Positions 1 to 14,834 are shown, counted from the stretch's first letter. The stretch is 64,000 nt of DNA from Eledone cirrhosa (GCA_964016885.1 OZ024749.1:51088001-51152000); one strand, 5' to 3'. Translations and numbers: made by a program. Notes: generated from the sequence alone by a model not told the origin.

Positions 1-649
1 TGTTTCAGTGTATACATATAAATATAATTATAAACATAAACAGAAATATCTTCGTGAATAAGTTTGATATTTAACTTCCTCTTGTTGTCTTGGAAACTGC
101 ACACTAATATTAACACACCTACATTATCAGAGTGCATTATCTTACATAATGTTGCTGTTTATCTGCATTTCCAATGAACCTAACTGCAACGTTACCATCC
201 ATTTAGAACATTTGTTTGTTTTTTGGTTGTTTTTTTATCAATATTTCTATATATATTTTTTGTTTTTGTTCATTTTTCTTTACGTCCATCTTGAAAATGT
301 GTTATCTTTTGTTTTCCATTTTGCATAGTTTGCATTGTATGACAACAACATCAAGTAAATACAGTGATGTGTCAAAAATAATGAGACAGTTAACTAAATC
401 GAGTTGTCACTCCTGACATCTCAGGTTCCTGCTTCATACCTCCAACAAATCCTATTGTATCTTCTGGACTTTTTTTTATATATCCTTTCATTTCACTGGG
501 GATTTAATTGAAATAATTGTTCTTATTATTATCATTAGTATTTTTATTGTTGCTGTTGTTTGGGGGTTTTTTTTTGTTGTTGCTTTTTATTTGTTTTTGT
601 TTTATTTTCTTCCAAGCCAGTCCCTGATTGAGTAAACCTATCATTAAAA

Positions 650-725
650 TCAACCAATCCACAACCATCTCCTAGCCAATCCACAACCATCTCAGCCAAT
701 CCACAACCATTTCACAGCCAATTCA
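650..725. repeat. short tandem repeat (ccaatccacaaccatct-like, ~3 copies)
   Basis: Three near-identical ~20-nt units read directly. Confidence 0.8.
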
Positions 726-984
726 AAGCCACCCTACATCCATTTTTGTGCGAAGCGTAAAGTACTCAGCAACAGTTAGATATGTTCAATGTATAGAGAA
801 ATAGAGAAGATGTAGTGATCTTGATTAGGTTTGACAACAACGTGTTGAAAATGCCTCAATAAAACGTCCTACAAGAGTGGGCAGAGACGTTCGTAGGCTG
901 GCTATGAAGGAGTGATGCTAGGGCTGTGAAATGTTGCATGCAAAACTTTCAACTCTTCTTATTAATAACTAACTACATTGTTTC

Positions 985-1074
985 TTTCCAGGGACTATGT
1001 TGAAAAATAAGCCTCATTTGGTCATTCCATGAAAGTATCTTGATCACCCTACGAAGATTTCAATCTATCCTCGT
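985..1074 (+). mobile_element. mariner-like transposon 3' end relic
   Basis: gggactatgttgaaaaataa reads (G)DYVEK*, the typical mariner transposase C-terminus, followed by a TIR-like end (...tttcaatctatcctcgt). Similar to the reverse complement of 7223-7312. Confidence 0.7.
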
Positions 1075-1270
1075 GAATACTAAATACATATACAGCGAGC
1101 TGAAACATCTCTGTTAACTGACATTATCCTTACAATTAGAAGACAAAATCTCCCTCTGGGGAATTGAAATTCTGAAAACTATAACGACGTTTTTCAACTA
1201 TCTGTATGTATGTGTAAGCAAAGATATATTTCATTATATTTTCTCCCTCTCTGTCTCTCTGCACACACAT

Positions 1271-1316
<46 letters not shown>

Positions 1317-1471
1317 CATTTATTTGCTTCCATTAAAATAGCTCCAAACGAACCTACGCTACACTTCATTCCTATTTCCCTTTCTTTCTCGCACATGCAC
1401 ACTCTCTCCCCCTCTATATATATATGTGTGTGTGTGTATATATATAGATATATGTGCATATATAGATATAG

Positions 1472-1533
<62 letters not shown>

Positions 1534-1695
1534 TATTTTCAAGGGAAGTTATGGTAAATCAATGTGGTAAATCAACATTCAGTATTAAATGCTAATAAAT
1601 GGAAGAAATGGTGGTGTTTGGCAGTTCTGTTAGAGGCGCCAATAAAACTTGCTTCACTATTTCTTTATCTTTCAATATTTTTTTATGACCATGCC

Positions 1696-1945
1696 TTCAT
1701 ACAAGATGAGGCCCTTCCTCGCGCACTGTCTGTGGGTGGTTTGATTTCCAATTTCCAGGACGTTTGCTAGGTTGACGAGGTCCACAAGAACGGCCAGCAA
1801 GAAGCCCTGATTTAAAGTCATGGATTTTTTTTTCTGTAAAGGTGGGCGAAAGAAGTTTATAGCTCAAAACCAAAATCTCTGACACAATTGGAGGAACGCA
1901 TTTGTCATGTACTAGTTAACATACAACCTGAGTTCTGTTGGCGTC
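1696..1945 (+). pseudogene. Tc1/mariner-superfamily transposase remnant (frameshifted)
   Basis: Translated across frameshifts: FIQDEALP..WFDFQFPGRLLG*RGPQERPARSPDLKS..WAKEVYSSKPKSLTQLEERICHVL. This matches the FQQDGAPPH...WPARSPDL...VY..KP..LEEL..RI pattern. Confidence 0.8.
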
Positions 1946-2090
1946 AGTCAAGGATAAACCCAGACGATGACTGGTGGGGAATGTTGGTGCCTAGTAAAAT
2001 GTTAACACTGAACTTCTACCTTTATGCTGTTCAAAATAAAATATTTTATGTAAATGGGCCAATAATTAATATAATTATTAAGAACTTTAA

Positions 2091-2299
2091 CCCTTTAGCA
2101 TTTACATTGCTCTATATTTACTATTATACTTTCATGTTAAACACGTTGTTACATAAATATCTCACATAATATCGAATTTATGAGATTTTGATGATATTTA
2201 TTTTGAGAACAACACCTTAACATAAGTATAAGCGGCCAGTTATGGCCGGTTTGAATGGAAAGAGGTGAGAGAATTCCGGCCGGTTTAAATGCTAAAGGG
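2091..2299. mobile_element. piggyBac-like MITE
   Basis: 14-bp TIRs CCCTTTAGCATTTA / TAAATGCTAAAGGG, flanked on both sides by TTAA (2087-2090, 2300-2303). Confidence 0.8.
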
Positions 2300-3296
2300 T
2301 TAAATAGGGAGTTTCTTTCCACCCAGAGTTTATATTTCTGAGAAGGGAAACTTAACCCGAATAATTTCAACAGCATGGACTCTGCTAAAGTCACCCATGA
2401 GTGAGGCTGCTGTGTGAAACTGAACTACGGATTATATAAACCAGCGATTATATAAACCACTATCACCTGCCATGGTCTGCTACTCTATATTATTTATGGT
2501 ACTTTCTCAGACATCCGTTGATGTAATCAATATTCGTAATCCTAGTTATATAAACTTTCTCCAAATAACGTTGATGTATATTCCCTTTCTTCTGTAGAAT
2601 CCATTTAACAATGGCGGCTGAGAATTTAATAATGCCAGTGAAAATATCCATCTGCCAAGATATATTTGAAATTCATGATAAATATTTAAATATTTTATGT
2701 TTCTTAAGTTTATTTATTAAACTTGCCAATAATTGGTAGCTTCAATATAAGCAGACGTTATAGAATTCTGTAAAATGGTAAGTATATCATTAAATAGTCT
2801 TAGACAGTTTTCGATTCGAACCCACTGTTCGGGAAATTAATTATGAAGTAAATGACTATTCTACATATGTATGCATGGTGTGGTCCTGCAACTCCTGGGG
2901 GAGTCGTTGTGACGCCATATTGACATACGGCGTTTCTTGAGCATTCTTTTAAAAGATAGCGGAGCCCATCTCGTCTCCAGGTCTGAATAAAGCAAATTTC
3001 TTATATATATGTATAAACTTAAACTAAAATTACTTCTCTGAGTAGGTAATTTATTAATAGATCTTATCCTTTCATTGAGATGTCTAAGTGTTACAGACAG
3101 ATAACTTTATAAACTGATATATATACATTATATAGATTTTATAATTACTATAACAGAAGTCCGATGAGTTTTTGATTCCAGAGTCGGGCCCGATCGATAC
3201 AGATCGATACAGATGATCAACTGCGAAACGTGCGTCACAGCGCAATAAATGTAATGAAAATTTAACACGTCGTCCATATTATTTTTATATTTACTA

Positions 3297-3357
<61 letters not shown>

Positions 3358-3360
<3 letters not shown>

Positions 3361-3520
3361 AGGTTCAATCGGGGGTAACCACAGTAAGTAAGGCACTCAA
3401 TACATAGCAGAGTATAAATATTTAATATAGAAATGGCTTCTACAGGACTAGAACCTATAACTGTTTCATTTCCTGATGATTTCCTTCGAATGAAGCAGGT
3501 CTAGTCCTGTAGAAGCCATT
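3358..3520. mobile_element. Penelope-like fold-back fragment with degenerate HHR core
   Basis: Inverted arms 3432-3455 / 3497-3520 (aatggcttctacaggactaga). CTGATGA at 3473 has GAAA mutated to GAAG. The same family recurs at ~32261-32322 and ~35122-35240. Confidence 0.6.
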
Positions 3521-3802
3521 ACCAATGTACCATTTGTAAGTAATTAGATTTAGTTGCAATTTCTCTCAGTTCAAACAGACGCCAAGTCTCCCCTGTTTGG
3601 CTTCTTGTGTACAAGTAGCATTTATTGCAGAAAATATAATATTTTTTATTATTACTAATTACAATTAAATAGCTTATATACACAATTAGAAAATATTTAT
3701 ATATAAATATATAACAAGTATAAAATGTCGGGTGAAGAAAGTTATGCTAACAATATATATTTGTGTGTGGTGTGGTGTGTGTGCCTGTAGTGTGTGTTTA
3801 TA

Positions 3803-3897
<95 letters not shown>

Positions 3898-3972
3898 CAT
3901 ATACATATGTATATATACAATGTATATATATATATATATATATTAGAAAAAAATCACTGAATCACCTATACC

Positions 3973-4053
<81 letters not shown>

Positions 4054-4514
4054 GTTATGATGTGGGTAATTGATTTGTTTTTAAACAATATTTGTAATTA
4101 TTTTATAGCTATGGGGATTCACTTTCTACTAAACAAGGATAATTTTGTTTTAGCAGAAAAATAAGAAATAGAATTAAGATTTTGAAAAAAAATTTTTAAA
4201 GAAAATTAAAAAAAAAAAACAGAAAATAAAATAAGAAAATTCCAAATTAAATAAAAATCAAAAAATGGACGAAAAATAAAAAATAAAATTTTCTAATAAA
4301 GTTTTTTTAAAAGAATCTTATTTTTTCTTTGGGATTAACAATTGCAGAATTATTAATATCATAATTTAGATGGGGTGTGTGGTACGTGTGGAACGGCTTC
4401 GTGGTAGTAATGGGTAGAGGGCTTTATTTTTGTTATGTTTTATTTTTAGATATTTTCTTTATTGCTGGCTTAAAGGGATTTTACATAATGGCTAACATTA
4501 AACCGAGCGCTTTA

Positions 4515-4599
4515 TGTTGTAGTATTATTGGTGTTGTTGTTGCTCTTATTAATATTGTTGTTGGTGGTGGTGGTGGTGTGTCTGTTGCTATTATTAATA

Positions 4600-4646
<47 letters not shown>

Positions 4647-5280
4647 GGTGGTGGTGGTGGTGGTGCTAGTGCTGGTGCTGGTGCTGATGGTGGTGGTGGT
4701 GTGTCTGTTGCTATTATTAATATTGTTGTTGTTGATGTTGTTGTTGTTGGTGGTGGTGGTGGTGGTGGTGGTGGTGGTGGTGGTGGTGGTGGTGGTTGTG
4801 GTGGTGGTGGCGGTGGTGGTGGTGGCGGTGCTCGTGCTGGTGCTGGTGCTGGTGTGGTGGTGGTGGTTGTGGTGGTGGTGGTGGTGGTGGTGGTGGTGGT
4901 GGTGGTGGTGGTGGTGGCGGTGGTGGTGGCGGTGCTGGTGCTGGTGCTGGTGCTGGTGTGGTGGTGGTGGTGGCGGTGGTGGTGGCGGTGCTGGTGCTGG
5001 TGCTGGTGCTGGTGTGGTGGTGGTGGTTGTGGTGGTGGTGGTGGTGGTGGTGGTGGTGGTGGTGGTGGTGGTGGTGGTGGTATTGGTGGTGGTGGTGGTT
5101 GTGGGTGGTGGTAGTGGTGGTGGTGGTGGTAGTGGTGGTGTGGTGGTGGTGGTGGTGGTGGTGGTATTGGTTGTGGTGGTGGTGGTAGTGGTGGTAGTGG
5201 TGGTGGTGGTGGTAGTGGTGGTGGTGGTGGTGGTATTGGTTGTGGTGGTGGTGGTGGTGGGTGGGGTGGTGGTGTTGGTG
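4515..5280. repeat. (GGT/GTT)n degenerate trinucleotide tract
   Basis: Direct reading; explains the poly-G/V/T ORFs. Confidence 0.9.
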
Positions 5281-5375
5281 GTAGAGCTGTTAAAATTATT
5301 AATTTTGTACACTGATGATGTTTGACGAGTTAATCTCTTTTTATATAATTCCTTGTTGACAAGTTGTTAAAAGTG

Positions 5376-5640
5376 TGATGATGATGATGGTGATGGTGAT
5401 GGTAGTGATGATGGTGATGATGGTGATGATGGTGATGATGGTGATGATGATGGTGATGGTAGTGATGATGGTGATGGTGATGGTGATGTTGATGGTAGTG
5501 ATGATGGTGATGATGGTGATGATGGTGATGGTGGTGGTGATGGTAGTGATGATGGTGATGATGGTGATGATGGTGATGATGGTGGTAGTGATGATGGTGA
5601 TGATTATCATGATGATGTGGTGATGCTGGTGATGGTGATG
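5376..5640. repeat. (GAT/GGT)n tract
   Basis: Direct reading. Confidence 0.9.
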
Positions 5641-5746
5641 AGGAGGAGGAAGAGGAGGGGGATGAAGAAAGCGATGAGGATCATAATCAAATTGATATTA
5701 GGATCAGTTCGATGATATCAACATCATCATCATCATCATCATGTTT

Positions 5747-5794
<48 letters not shown>

Positions 5795-5876
5795 CGGTGG
5801 CGGATCATGAATGCGGAGGCGGATCTATATATATAGAGAGAGAGATATTTATTTCTGCGTATGTGTGTATATATAA

Positions 5877-5919
<43 letters not shown>

Positions 5920-5928
5920 GTATATGCG

Positions 5929-5961
<33 letters not shown>

Positions 5962-6003
<42 letters not shown>

Positions 6004-6012
6004 AGAGAGTTA

Positions 6013-6053
<41 letters not shown>

Positions 6054-6100
6054 TTAGAGAGAGCGAGAGATAGAGAGAGAGAGAGATAGAGAGAGAGTTA

Positions 6101-6178
<78 letters not shown>

Positions 6179-6184
6179 GAGAGT

Positions 6185-6219
<35 letters not shown>

Positions 6220-6229
6220 AGAGAGAGAA

Positions 6230-6268
<39 letters not shown>

Positions 6269-6271
6269 AGT

Positions 6272-6322
<51 letters not shown>
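5962..6322. repeat. (GA)n microsatellite
   Basis: Direct reading. Confidence 0.95.
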
Positions 6323-6328
<6 letters not shown>

Positions 6329-6360
6329 ACAGGGGTGTGTATGATTGTGTATAGAAGATT

Positions 6361-6833
6361 ATATTAATCAGAGGAATTCCAACTTTGTCTGATTTACTCG
6401 TTTTATTTACAATCCTTTAACATTTATAATGGTATTATAATGAAATAGTCGTTTCTACTTTAGGCACCAGGCCAGCAAATACCCAGCACATTACTGGTAT
6501 TTTATTTTATCGACCCCGGAAGGATGAAAGGCAAAGTTAACCTCGGCGGGATTTGAACTCAGACTATAAAGGGACGTAACTATGCTAGAAAGCATGGCGT
6601 CCAGCCCTCTACCGATACTCCTAATTCCCCGCCCTTGACAGTCAAGTTTGCAATTTTCAACTGTGAAAATTGCAAACTTGACTGTCACCACACATTATGA
6701 ACCTGAAGATTGCGAAAGCATGAAAGTACTTAACATTTAATACTCTATCATACTATTTCATTATAATACCATTATAAATTTTAAAGGATTGTAAATAAAA
6801 CGATTAAATCAGACAAAGTTGGAATTCCTCTTA

Positions 6834-6840
<7 letters not shown>
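6361..6840. mobile_element. older fold-back element interrupted by a SINE
   Basis: Outer arms 6361-6449 / ~6753-6840 are reverse complements. Inner palindrome 6636-6687. HHR-like core CTGAAGA-ttgcgaaagcat-GAAA-gtac-TT at 6703. Confidence 0.65.
6450..6633 (-). mobile_element. tRNA-derived SINE family A
   Basis: On the minus strand: B-box gagttcaaatccc, core ctttgcctttcatccttccggggtcgataaaataa. More than 15 copies or fragments in the window. Confidence 0.85.
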
Positions 6841-6881
<41 letters not shown>

Positions 6882-6956
6882 ATATATATATGTGTATATA
6901 TATATATATATCCATATGTACATGTGTTATATATATATATGTGTGTGTGTGTGTAC

Positions 6957-6991
<35 letters not shown>

Positions 6992-7222
6992 CAATGAAAA
7001 GGAGAGTAAGACAGAACGACACAAAGACACACATTTGCTCATTATTTTATGTCACTTGTAAAAGTGCATGATTTTAATTAAAATGTTTTTTTTTATGATT
7101 ATTTGACTATTTTCAAAGAATTTTTCTAAACAACAAAATGGAGTAACTCTTGACTCCATCAACTTATTAACAATTCTTCAACATGGTGTCATTGACAAAA
7201 CTGCTTTTGTATGTTTTTGAAA

Positions 7223-7312
7223 TACGAAGATCGCTTGAAAAGTTCATAGGCTGACTAAGATACTCTCATGGAATAACTAAATAAGGTTTATTTTTCAAAG
7301 TAATCCCTGTAA
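7223..7312 (-). mobile_element. mariner-like 3' end / TIR relic
   Basis: Minus strand gggattactttgaaaaataa ((G)DYFEK*), then ...gtcagcctatgaacttttcaagcgatcttcgta. Confidence 0.7.
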
Positions 7313-7319
7313 GTTGTAG

Positions 7320-7417
<98 letters not shown>

Positions 7418-7448
7418 AGATCAAAAGATGGTTAAAGGAGTTCCATGT

Positions 7449-7517
7449 ATTTTATTATGCGCATTTCAAAAACAAACATCATCATGCAATAATATTTGTG
7501 TTTTCATCAGATAAAAC
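7449..7517 (-). ncRNA. type I hammerhead ribozyme (mirror copy)
   Basis: Reverse complement of 7634-7702. Confidence 0.75.
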
Positions 7518-7633
7518 AGGAGAACATGATATGAAGGCTAAAAAACACTTGTGGATAGTGCAGTTTTAAATCAACATGCACTATCAACTGCACTATCCAC
7601 AAGTGTTTTTTAGCCTTCATATCATGTTCTCCT

Positions 7634-7702
7634 GTTTTATCTGATGAAAACACAAATATTATTGCATGATGATGTTTGTTTTTGAAATGCGCATAATAAA
7701 AT
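7634..7702 (+). ncRNA. type I hammerhead ribozyme
   Basis: gttttat-CTGATGA-(15/16-bp helix II, gcat loop)-GAAA-tgcgca-TA^ataaaat. Helix I is 7 bp, helix III is the palindrome atgcgcat, triplet AUA. Confidence 0.8.
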
Positions 7703-7827
7703 ACATGGAACTTCTTTAACCATCTTTTGATCTTATATTATGTATACTCCAGTCCTACAAACTGTAGAGTGCTTCTTATCCGATATCTGCATTGCTTTAT
7801 TGTACTACAATAAAACTCACCTCCTAC

Positions 7828-7931
<104 letters not shown>

Positions 7932-7935
7932 TATA

Positions 7936-8128
7936 TAGGAACCAGTAAGACCCCGACAGCTGAGCTCAAGCCGTTTCGACGGCTAATTCAGTCCAGAATT
8001 AGCCGTCGAAACGGCTTGAGCTCAGCTGTCGGGGTCTTACTGGTTCCTATTACCCACTCTACTACCTCAAGTATTGAGTACTTTGGTGCGTTATGGTCCA
8101 CCTGGTTCCTTACCACATTTCCTTCGTT
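7936..8128. mobile_element. fold-back element family P (copy 1) in (TA)n
   Basis: ~55-bp inverted arms around ~7994, then tail ...gtattgagtactttggtgcgttatggtccacctggttcc. Homologous to 58092-58265 and 61677-61858. Confidence 0.8.
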
Positions 8129-8261
8129 ATATATATATATATATATATAGTAATAATAATAAATGCGAAGACTAAAATCCAAAAAGGGATCGATAAGGAT
8201 AAATATATATCGAACATATAAGAACCCTAGGGCAAATATTTATTCAATTTTAATCTGTTAT

Positions 8262-8339
<78 letters not shown>

Positions 8340-8346
8340 TGTGTGT

Positions 8347-8408
<62 letters not shown>

Positions 8409-9379
8409 GTGTGTGCGTGTGTATGTATGTTTATCATATATGTCGTATATATATATATGTGTGTGTATATATACATACACATAGGTACTTATGTAGACAT
8501 ATATAAATATATACAAAATATATATATATATATATACAATGTGTGTATATATATATATTTATTTATTTATTTATATATATGTATATAGATTATAGATTGT
8601 TCTCCTTCAAATTTCATAAAGTGATGTCTAATGCTCCAGAGATTTTAATTTCAAACTGTTTATAAATAGTCTATGGACATAAATGAGGATTAGCGGCATT
8701 TGTTGACCAATAAATGAAGCACTTCTCATTTTTATGTGTTTTATATAAATCGATATTAAAATAGAATTGATAGTAAAATAAACAGCATAATAATACAACT
8801 AAATCATCGACTGATAAAGACTGAGTGTTTTGGTTTTCGGTATTTTAAACAGGGTTAATGGTATTAAAAATTGATGTGCTGTTTAAAATGTGAAATAAAA
8901 GCTCTCTTTATTATTTTTATTTTTTTTAAAACAAAATCAAAATTCGAAATAATGTCTCATTTTTACTCAGAAGAAAGCATTTTTGTTGTTGTTATTATTG
9001 TTGTTGTTGTTGTTTTAGTTTTTTTTTTCTTTTTGGTATTTGTTTCTTTTGTCTGTGTCGTTAATATTTTCTACCCTCTGGAGAAAACAAATTCACATTC
9101 ACATCACACAAACACTTTACGCCGTAATGTTTTCTCCTTAACCAGCCCAGATTTATTCAACATCATTCCCCTCGACGTAATTAAGAAGATATTAAGGGCT
9201 AAGAGCTAACGAGAAAGTCTCTCCACGATCGATCGACAACGTAGAGATAACAGCCAAATTTTACCTCAATCAAACGTTTATATCTTTAAAATACAAGAAA
9301 CGCTTGAATATTAAACATTGTTCATGGAATTTTGCAAACCATCAGCAACTTTAAGAGGTCAAACATCAGCTCTAAAGTG

Positions 9380-9621
9380 ACACAGAGGGGATTGTGATTA
9401 GCTGGATATCCTCAACGATATTCAGAGTTGACACTGCACTCATTGGTCCTGTGGGAGCCACTACACGGACATACTGGAAGAGGGAGCCGAGGGTCACATA
9501 TGTTGATACCCTAAGGATAGACACTAGTTTCTCGGAGATGCGGGAAATCGCGGTGATGATGAAGGACAGAGACCACTGGAGAGAACTCGTCCATGGATCT
9601 TGGGAATTTTACCCGCCCTAG
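9380..9621 (+). pseudogene. RTE-clade LINE ORF2 C-terminal relic
   Basis: LAGYPQRYSELTLHSLVLWEPLHGHTGRG/(frameshift)PRVTYVDTLRIDT..EMREIAVMMKDRDHWRELV, an RTE-type C-terminus. Confidence 0.75.
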
Positions 9622-10198
9622 ATAGATGCGTGTATGACCTCTACAACCAGCAATGATATTAAGAGACCAACATGTTTATGTGGTCTCAACAAGTAACAAT
9701 GGTACGAAGAAGCCAAGGGAGACCTATAAAGTAGAAGACAATTCATTTGATAGACGTACCTGTGGATATTTAACAGCGGGTCGGCTTACACAGACATGAC
9801 AGAGCAAGAATCGACCCGAAACTCTGGTAGATGACTAACACTTGCATGAGATGCCACTCTATGAGATTGAACATGGCGCACGCTACATCTGCTTTCTGTA
9901 GAATATACTTCAACAAATAGTCTGTTCAATTGATGGACCAACTGTAATACTCATCGTCTACATCAACGGAGATCCATTTCAGTTTTACCATTTTTGTTTT
10001 TGTTTCATGAAACTCATCATGCAATGTGGCATTCTCCTCCAATTGAAAGATATTTTACTAACCAGCGAGAGAGGGTTCCTGACACATGCAATATAATATA
10101 GTCTATACATTTATATTTCAAATTTACCAAAGGGAAAGTAGATGTAAATAAAATTATGCTTAAGAAGAGGAAATAATAATTCGGAAGAAATACCTATA

Positions 10199-10267
<69 letters not shown>

Positions 10268-10343
10268 GAATATATATAAATATATATATAAATATATATA
10301 TATATAAATATATATATATAAATATATATGTATATATAGATGC

Positions 10344-10379
<36 letters not shown>

Positions 10380-10805
10380 TCATATATTCTTGGGTAATAG
10401 AATAAGACGGCAATTTCTCCACACGCATTCACAAACACACGCAAATATATGTACGTACAAACATACTTACCTACATATATACATACATACATACATGCAT
10501 ACATACATACATGCATACATACATACGTATATCAATATATATATATATATATATGTATATTGTTGTGTAGGAATGCATGGATGTATGTTTATGTGTACAC
10601 ATATTTATATAAATAACACATGCATATACCCATACGCATACACACACAGACATATATATATATATATAAATATGCAATATATATATATGCGTGCGTGTGC
10701 AGATGTCTTTAAAATTGGTCCAATATTGTCGGAGACTCGTGATAATATTTGAAAAAGAAAAAAATACATATATATATATTTATATATTTTTATATTATTT
10801 ATATA

Positions 10806-10921
<116 letters not shown>

Positions 10922-11014
10922 TATTTAAATACAAATACAATATGAAGACAAATTGACTGTACTGAATTAAAGAATTCCATCGTTTTGGCTTTCCAAGAAA
11001 ACTAATATGTAATA

Positions 11015-11160
11015 ACATAAAATAAAAATAAAATAAAATAAAATAGAATAAAAAAAAATAATAAAATAAGATAAAATAAAATAAAATAATGTAAAATAAA
11101 ATAAAATAAAATAAAATAATAAAATAAAATAAAATAAAAAATAATAAAATATAATAAAAT
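11015..11160. repeat. (AAAAT)n tract
   Basis: Direct reading. Confidence 0.9.
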
Positions 11161-11531
11161 GAAACTAGAATAAACAGCAATTTCGAAGAACTTATTCCAA
11201 GTAATACATGATATTAATGTAAAGAACGATTTATAAATTCGTACAAGACACCGTTTAGAATATGATATCAAATTTATCTACCTGCTGTAAAGCATTCGAC
11301 CAAATGCTAAATTATTATATTTTTCAGAAGAAAGCTATACAATATTTTGCAAAAAATGTCGCTTTCTGCCGTTATTTTTATTTTTATTTTTACTTTGTGT
11401 GTGTGTTGTTCTTTCTTTTGTTTTTTTGTTTTGTTTTTTTTGTGGGTGGGGGAGGGATGCGTTAGGGTGGGGGATGTGATTTTACGTATTAGTTTCTTAT
11501 TTTCGACTAACTTTATATATATATATGTGTG

Positions 11532-11578
<47 letters not shown>

Positions 11579-11691
11579 TATATATAGCGAACCATGTCAC
11601 TCTTCTTTCTTGAATTATATATACGTATATATATATTTAGATGTATATATATATATATATATACATGTAAATATATATATATTGCATATAT

Positions 11692-11794
<103 letters not shown>

Positions 11795-11815
11795 CAATAT
11801 GCATATATATATGTA

Positions 11816-11866
<51 letters not shown>

Positions 11867-12226
11867 CATATACATTATATATATATAATATATCATGACT
11901 CTCGTTTCTTTATTTTTTATTTTGTTGTTGTTTCATCACCAATAGTATGATAGGTGATAATAAAAGGATAGATATTTTTCTCAAATGCAATAAAAATGGG
12001 CTGAATACATTGGTTGCTTCAACCTAACAAAACGAGATCGAACTGGTTCACCAATCAATTGAATCTTCATACCTTGGCAATATATTTTATCATCATCACC
12101 ATCGTCATTATCATCATCATCATCTCCATCATCATCATCTCCATCATCATCATCGTCTCCAATCATCATCATCATCATTATCATGGTTATTATTATTGAT
12201 GTTGTTGATGCTAATAATAATATTGC

Positions 12227-12306
<80 letters not shown>

Positions 12307-12553
12307 ATGGTGGGGGGGGGGTTAGCAGTAGTAGGAGTAGTGTTGTTGTTCTTTTCGTCGTCCCCATATTCCATATAAGTGTGGCGGTGGTGGTGGTGGT
12401 CGTGGTGGTGGTGGTGGTGGTGGTGTAGTGAGGTGGGGGGGGAGAAAGTAGAGTGGAACGGAGAGTTTCTACTTCACTTGTGAAGCGGAGAGACATACTT
12501 AACGGCAAATGTAAGAGAGAGAAAAGAGAGAGAGAGAGAAAGAGAGAGAGAAA

Positions 12554-12584
<31 letters not shown>

Positions 12585-12940
12585 GAGAGAGGGAGAGAGG
12601 AGTGTGGTCAGAGAGGGTGAAAGAGAGAGAGGAGGGCGGTGAGAGCGATGAGGAGAGAGACATATGTACTTGTGTCTGTATGAGAAAGAGAGTGTGTTGA
12701 CATAATCTGTATGTGGGCGTGTAATGTGTATGTACTTATGTGTGTGTGTTGATTTAATGGGTGTATATATGGATGTATATGGATGTAATATGTATATGTG
12801 TGGGTGTGTGTGTTGATTTAATGTGTGTGCATGTATATGGATGTAATATGTATGTATGTAAGTGTGTATGTGTGTGTGTTGATTTAATGTATGTGCATGT
12901 ATGTGGATGCAATGTGTCTGCATGTATGTGTACATGCGTG

Positions 12941-13009
<69 letters not shown>

Positions 13010-13665
13010 TTGATTTAATGTGTATATGTATGAAGATGTAATGTGTATGTATGTATGTGGATGTAATGTGTATGTATGTGCGTATGTATGTATGATTTAA
13101 TGTATGTGCATGCATGTTGATGTGATGTGTATGTATGTCAGCGTGTATGTGTGTGTGTGTGTTGTAATGTGTATGTGTGTAAGTGTGCTGATATAGTATA
13201 TGTATGTGCGATGGTGTAATTTATAAACATATCTCTCTCCGCCATTTATTTATTCACTCTCATATATGAATATCGTTTTATTCACTTATTTAAATATGTT
13301 CATTGCTATATTTATCCCGTAAAACCCAATGGCTGCCTGGTTTACAAACATTTCTCTCTAGTCATGAGGTTCTGTGTTCGATCCAACTGCGTGAAAGTTA
13401 AGAAAAACTATATTTCAGCTTATATTCAAATGAAACTGCCTGGAAACTTGCTGAATGGGTTGCACCTTTAATTTCTTCTTCTTCTTCTTTTATTTTTGGA
13501 AGAGTCGTGAGAGAGGTGGGGCATGGAGAGAGTTCTCAAACACTCCTTCCGGTGGGTCATGTCAGAAAAAAACCGTCTCCACTTAATCCGGCAAAATCGG
13601 CCTAGTTTTTGTGCGACGAACTAGGAAATGGGGCGACTAATAGTCATATATTATTTTGATCTAGT

Positions 13666-13788
13666 GCGGTGGATTGGCTAAGTTCAAATCCCGCCAAGGT
13701 TAACTTTGCCTTTCATCCTTACGAGGTCGATAAAATAAAGTACCAGTAATGCACTGTCTGGCCTTGTGCCAGAAGTAGAAACAATTAT
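13666..13788 (+). mobile_element. SINE family A, internally deleted
   Basis: Head gcggtggattggc joined directly to the B-box agttcaaatccc; normal 3' end. Confidence 0.8.
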
Positions 13789-14795
13789 TTTAACTTAGGG
13801 CAGTGGACCTGTAGGAGTTCTTCTTCTTCTTCTTCTTCTTCTTCTTCTTCTTCTTCTTCTTCTTCTTCTTCTTCTTCTTCTTCTTCTTCTTCTTCTTCTT
13901 CGCCATTGCAGTGTTTAGCTTAACTTGTGTTTCTTGATAATTCAGGGATACAACTCTCCTATTCGTTTAGCTATATAAAACTAAATCAGTGGCTGCCTGA
14001 TCCCGTACCTCCCAAAAGAGTCGTAAGAACGCTGTATTGACATACGATGTTTCTAGGACATGTTTAAACCTGGCTAAGCTTATCTCCTCTCCAGGTCTGA
14101 ACCCAACAGATTTCTTCCAAAGAATGATAGAGAGTGTGTTGTGGTGATCACCCCTTTGGGATTAAAGAAATCGACTTGGCGGACTATTATAAATAAGCAA
14201 CGTATCTCGTTATCAGTAGTTCGGTTGGAGTCTCGCTTGAAAGTCTTACGTTTTGTAGTCGGAAGTTACGCATAGAGTAAAATTGTTTGTACCCACGCAT
14301 TGTAGTAAATATAACCAGTCCAAAGGGTTATAAAATAGTGAGAGAATCGAATTGGGAAAGAGATATAGAGGAAGAATCGATCCCAGTGCTAGGCTGTTAC
14401 TTTTTTTTATTGACCTGGAATATATGAAAGGAAAATTTGACCTCGGTGGGATTTGAACTCAGAGAGCAAAGAGCCAGAACGAATGTCAAAAAGGCATTCA
14501 ATCCGATGTTCTAACAAATATCACAATGGAATTTTATACGATGCTCCACCAATTCAGTCATTCCACGCCCTAAAACGATATAGGCGAAGAATCAACCTTT
14601 GTATTGGTCTGGTACTTTTTTTATTGACTTTAAAATGATAAAAGGCAGATTTAATTTCAGAATGTATTGAACTCAGAGAATAGACAGCCGGAAGTAATAC
14701 CACAAAGCATTTGTATCTAACATTCGAACGAATCTGCCAATTTGCTTTTCTGTAGCACAATGTTAATCTTCAATACATGTTTCAGACGGCATATC

Positions 14796-14834
<39 letters not shown>

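Noticed and set aside
2598-2740. Acceptor-like tttcttctgtag followed by a short ATG ORF (MAAENLIMPVKISICQD...)
   Set aside because: Short, AT-rich and without a recognisable motif; not distinguishable from chance.
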